From positions 4,960,001 to 5,024,000 of the forward strand of contig CP075494.1 of NCBI GenBank assembly GCA_021613535.1: a DNA stretch of 64,000 bases. Direction: 5' to 3'. Source of the stretch: Adineta vaga. Its lineage: Eukaryota; Animalia; Rotifera. The position numbers and the translations under genes are program-made. Below the pieces are notes generated by a model, which saw only the letters and a program-made list of their open reading frames with translations, had not been told where the DNA came from and searched no databases. Of the stretch, positions 59,580 through 64,000 are shown piece after piece. Each line of letters starts with the position of its first letter. Position 1 is the first letter of the stretch.

Positions 59580-59957
59580 ACCCATCAACCTGTAATTATA
59601 TTCATCATTATTGCTACTTTTTATTTCATACATTAAGGACAGAGATATCCTAAGAACGATAATAGCTAGTTTTTTTTCTCTTTTTATTGTCTCTTCACCT
59701 TTTTGTTCATTGATTCATTAATAAATCATAATTTAATTACTATGACTTTATTATTCAAACACAATTCGATTCTTCAGATTATTATTTCAAACACAGTATT
59801 ATAAAGCAGAAATGAGCTTAGTATAGAACTAACATGATAATATTTATAACTTTTCGAAAAATGTAGCACCGATTTATGAATAGGTTACAAAAAGAAGTCA
59901 TTTTTGAGAAGAAAAACGACGTAGAAATACGATGATCAATCAGCTACATTTGTGTAT

Positions 59958-62900
59958 TTAATTGAGGTCAGAAGTTGAACGACTTCGTTGTCGTCGAAAG
60001 TGAAATTTATGCTTCGAACGTTTTTTAAAATCTGTTGAAGGAGGTAGTACTTGTTTTTGTCTTGTTTTGATCTGATTGAATTCCTGTAAAATATCTTCAC
60101 AAATATCCGGAGTAAAACCTGAAACCGCCACTGCCGCTTTGATAAAAGCTGATATTTCATTGCTCTCTTTCTGTTCTTTTCCATCATATGAAACGTCTGA
60201 TGATGTTTCTGTATCGACTGTTTCAGAGCTGTGCTGCGTTTCATTGCTCTGAACTATTGCATTTACAGTCTTGTTTTCAGATAAAATTTTAAACCAAGGC
60301 GGAGATGTAGGAAGAGCGCAAACGGCAGGTTGTATTGCACATTTCGTAGTAGCAATCAAGGCATCAGCAGTAAAATGAATTTCACCGGAATCACGATGGC
60401 GAAGCCGAGTTCGCTTTAGAAAATTAACAAGATTTGTTTTTCGATTGTGACGTTTTGGTAACACATTTGTTTTTAAACTTATCTTAGATTCGCTGGCATC
60501 TGAATCTTGATTTTTATCCGTTTCACTGAAACAAAAATATAAAAATTAGCTAAGTAATACAGTTTTGTCTAATAACGCACCTGTCAACAGTGCCTACTGA
60601 AATCAAACTGTCAAATCGATCACTTATTTGATCGTATGATGGTGAAGAATTCATCGATGAATAGTCTGTACTACTCTCATTACTTAGTCTTGAATGTACA
60701 TCACTCCCAACCATTGTATGTGAATGAGACTTTGTATATTCGTCATCAGAATCATCAGAAGATCTATGAGATTTATGTTCATTTTTCAGTTGCCATTTTC
60801 GAGTATGATGAGAACGCAGTTGTGAACCATCTATGACACCTGCAGCGAGAAGAACATGTGCTACAGGACGAGATATTTGAATATGGAGTCCATCTATGCG
60901 ATAGCATGCAGAGAAGGTCGACTGAAGGTGACTTCGCATACGAGCGATAGGTAGATTGGAATGAAATGAACGAACAGCTGCTTGACAACCATTTTCTTTT
61001 AATATACGTTCACGAATACGTTCAGCTGCTTGTCGTGTAGTTGGACGATGTGCAAAATAAAATGCGTCAGCTAATTCGGAAGCTGTAATCGATTTTCCAG
61101 GTAATGGACGAGGACCAGCTCCACTTTTCTCGACAACATTACCCCAAAAGAATTGATCACCGAAAAATGGTACAATTATGGTAGGTTTACCAGCACGTAG
61201 GCCAGCTGCTGTTGTACCTGCTCCACCATGATGACAGACACCCGATACTAAAAGAAAAATCAATATGAATAATCGTTCGATTCACACAACATCAAGTGAG
61301 TATAAAATTTAAAAAATTTCAATTATTTATTTATTTAACTTACCATGTTGAAAAAGCCAATCATGTGGTACATTTCCAATTTTGAAAACATTCTTCGGCA
61401 CATGGTCAGCCTCTGTAGCAAGACCAGACAGTACAGCTCGATAACCTGTTAGATCAAGAGCATCAAGAACAACTCCGAGAAGACGTCGAGAATCATGTCC
61501 TGTAATTGAACCAAAGCCAATATAGATTGGAGATGGTAAGTTTTGTTCATCAGGATGATCTTTGTCAATACCCAAGAAATCAAGTAGATCTTGTGGTGGA
61601 TTATCATATGTAGTACAGAGATCAAGAAAGAAAAAACCTGATACATCAATATGTAATTCCCAATCGGATGGTTTGCAGACGAGTGCTGGTGACCAACAAT
61701 AAGTATGTGGAACATCTTGATCAATAAGTAAACTAGTCGCATCTTGTGCGTGTAATTGTGAAAGACCGAGAATTTTCTTACGAAAATGATTGATGATACC
61801 ATGCATTCCCGACCATGTCTATTCAATAAAAGAAAAAAAAATAACAACATGAATAAGTTTGTATTCATTTGAATTAAAAACTTACGAGCATTTCAACAAC
61901 ATGATATGAGTAGAAATTAAGTTTTCCTGATGGACCTCTTGAACAGTCAATATTACAGAATGGATGAGGAAAAGTGGTTGTCGGTGTCCATGGCATAGTA
62001 AACATCATATGTAAAGGAATTTGTAATTTTTCTGCACAATGTACATGACCAAACGATGGCGGATTCGCAATAATAGCTTCAGCTGTGAATGGTAATGATG
62101 TTTCATCATCATTCGCTGTACAGGCAAGCCAAGTAGATTCAAGAATTTCAGAAAGAATATGTCGATGTTTTTTTACATCGCCTGCAACAATACTACTCAT
62201 TGATGGAATAATACCTGCATTCTTTACCATAAATGACATTAAATCAGCTGGATTTCCAGCTAACGGAAAAAATTCCAGACCATTTTCACGAACGAAAGTT
62301 CGAAATACTTCATGAGTAGCTAATCGAACTCGATGACCAGCAGCTAGAAGTGTTTGGCCGAGTCTATTAGAGAACATTGATTTTAGAAAAGAATCTCAAC
62401 GATGAAAACAAAGTATATGAAAAAAGAACTTACGCAATAAATGGTTGAACATCACCTCTGGTACCAACAATAAGTATAACAATTGTAAGACGAGGTATTA
62501 ATGATGTATTTTCAAAAGTTTCTTTCTCTTCATCTACATGAATTTGATTAATAGAAGGTATTGATGGTAATGATGATTCAAAATCTTCTTCTGAATTTGC
62601 AAATACAACACTAATTCGTCGATCACCATCGTCAATTCGAACTGTATAATCAATAGCATCATTCTTTTTTTTCAAACTAGATTCATTAATTTTCAGTTGT
62701 TTCGACGTCCAGATCATTGTACCATGTACAATAAGACGAACATGAAGAGAAAGATTTGTATCAGTACAACGTATAATTAAGATATTATTAGATTTCTTAT
62801 TCTTCTCGATTGATTGACAGAAATTTAATAATTGTTGAGTCAATTCAATTGGTTCATCTTGTGATAACAACAAATTCGATATAAGTTTTTCTCCATTAAG

Positions 62901-63221
62901 CCAAATACTAGCCATGATATTCGATGCATTCGAAGTATATTCATCATCATCAGATGAATCAAATAAAAGATAAACTTGTTGCTCGTCAGACATTATCCAA
63001 TCAAATTCTTTTTGATACCAATAATCGTATACAAGAGAAGCGTGATGATTATCTTCCTTATTAGTTGTAATACTATGTGGTAATGATACAGATAACCATT
63101 GATAAACAACATCAGAATCATTTGAAAATAATCTATCAGCATGATCAGTTTTTGGTTGAGAACAATATTTCCAATTATAATTAAAATCAACGTATGTCAC
63201 ATCATTTTTGTCGGTATGCAT
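59958..63221 (-). CDS. Sterol 3-beta-glucosyltransferase-like (GT28_N + UDP-GT) with N-terminal GH2-type sugar-binding domain (5 exons)
   Basis: IVGTRGDVQPFIA|LG..L.AAGHRVRLATH, IIANPPSFGHVHCAEKL, YCWSPALVCKPSDW, IYIGFGSI, NVPHDWLF, VCHHGGAGTTAAGL, VPFFGDQFFWG; last intron ~60526-60580 joins in frame. Confidence 0.9.
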
Positions 63222-64000
63222 TATCTATTAAATAACTAGGAAATTATATAACAGAAAAATGTATTTTTCAATCGTTATTATCTTTTATTTTCTCGATCGT
63301 ACTCGACATAATGAAACAATAACTTTATCATCATCTTATTCTTGTCTTTCTATATACATGGTACAAACATAAAAGATTTATATCTCATCTCATAAGTATA
63401 TTTTCGTAAAGAATATTTGTTGAAAGTATATACATCAATACATTACCGTTAGAATGAGTCTCTTTGAAAATGTAAGAGTTGTCATGCGTATCTACGTCGT
63501 CATTGCTCGTTCTTTCGTTCTCTCTTTTGGTTTTACGTTATCGATTATAATACACAATATCTTCTTCATTCTTTCTTTTTCATTTCGTTTTGTACGACTT
63601 AATGTGTATGTCAAAGAGTATATGAAAACACGATTAAACAATATATTGCGTCATTGATAATTTTCAATTACTTTTTATATCCAAGTCAGTTACGAATATA
63701 CGACAACAGAGGTAAGATATATTACTCAACAATTACAATGATCTGGTTCATCACCTTATTTTGATGTCTATTTCTTTGAAGCTATATCTATAGTTCATAC
63801 TATTGTACCATTTGAAAACATATCAACGGTTTTGTCGATCGACAATTCCATGAGTTACTATTATATTTACAACATTACCAGGTCAAATCTATCTGAATCT
63901 TGTTTTCATCAGTTCTACTTCATATGTTACTTCTGTTATATCGAATGTACTACATATCTATCAAGTTTAACCTTTTTCTAACGAAACTAAAACAAATAAG

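Noticed and set aside
63440-63980. Minus-strand segment with splice-like borders and short peptide-like patches
   Set aside because: Stops in all frames and no identifiable homology; it may be a degraded exon but cannot be supported

Overview
AT-rich eukaryotic genomic DNA with short GT-AG introns (~45-60 bp). The gene content is typical of a bdelloid rotifer (Adineta/Rotaria-like); this assignment is an inference. Supporting content: a glutamate receptor with a K+-filter (AvGluR1-type), divergent GPCRs, NHL/FG-GAP/Kelch propeller genes, ARM-TIR genes and many intronless bacterial-, fungal- or plant-like enzymes. About 28 protein-coding loci can be traced; no rRNA, tRNA or CRISPR was seen. 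Main observations: (1) an ARM-TIR gene sits head-to-head with a SLOG-domain TRPM channel, and a second CaaX-ending TIR gene lies just beyond the channel. This resembles the TIR-to-SLOG logic of Thoeris, inside a ~22 kb block that also holds P2X, an MLKL-like protein and a PARP zinc finger. (2) A spliced MLKL-like four-helix bundle + intact kinase + NHL propeller fusion. (3) A single-chain protein with three tandem two-TM Cys-rich modules (DEG/ENaC/P2X-like topology), a seventh TM and an FG-GAP propeller whose last blade lies beyond an in-frame TAG. (4) A GNAT gene next to a GH84 gene, a GH2_N-sterol glucosyltransferase fusion, a CMAH homolog with a degenerate metal site, and a three-member Thr-rich gene family showing pseudogenisation and a precise intron difference. 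All family calls come from motif recognition; no database searches were run.
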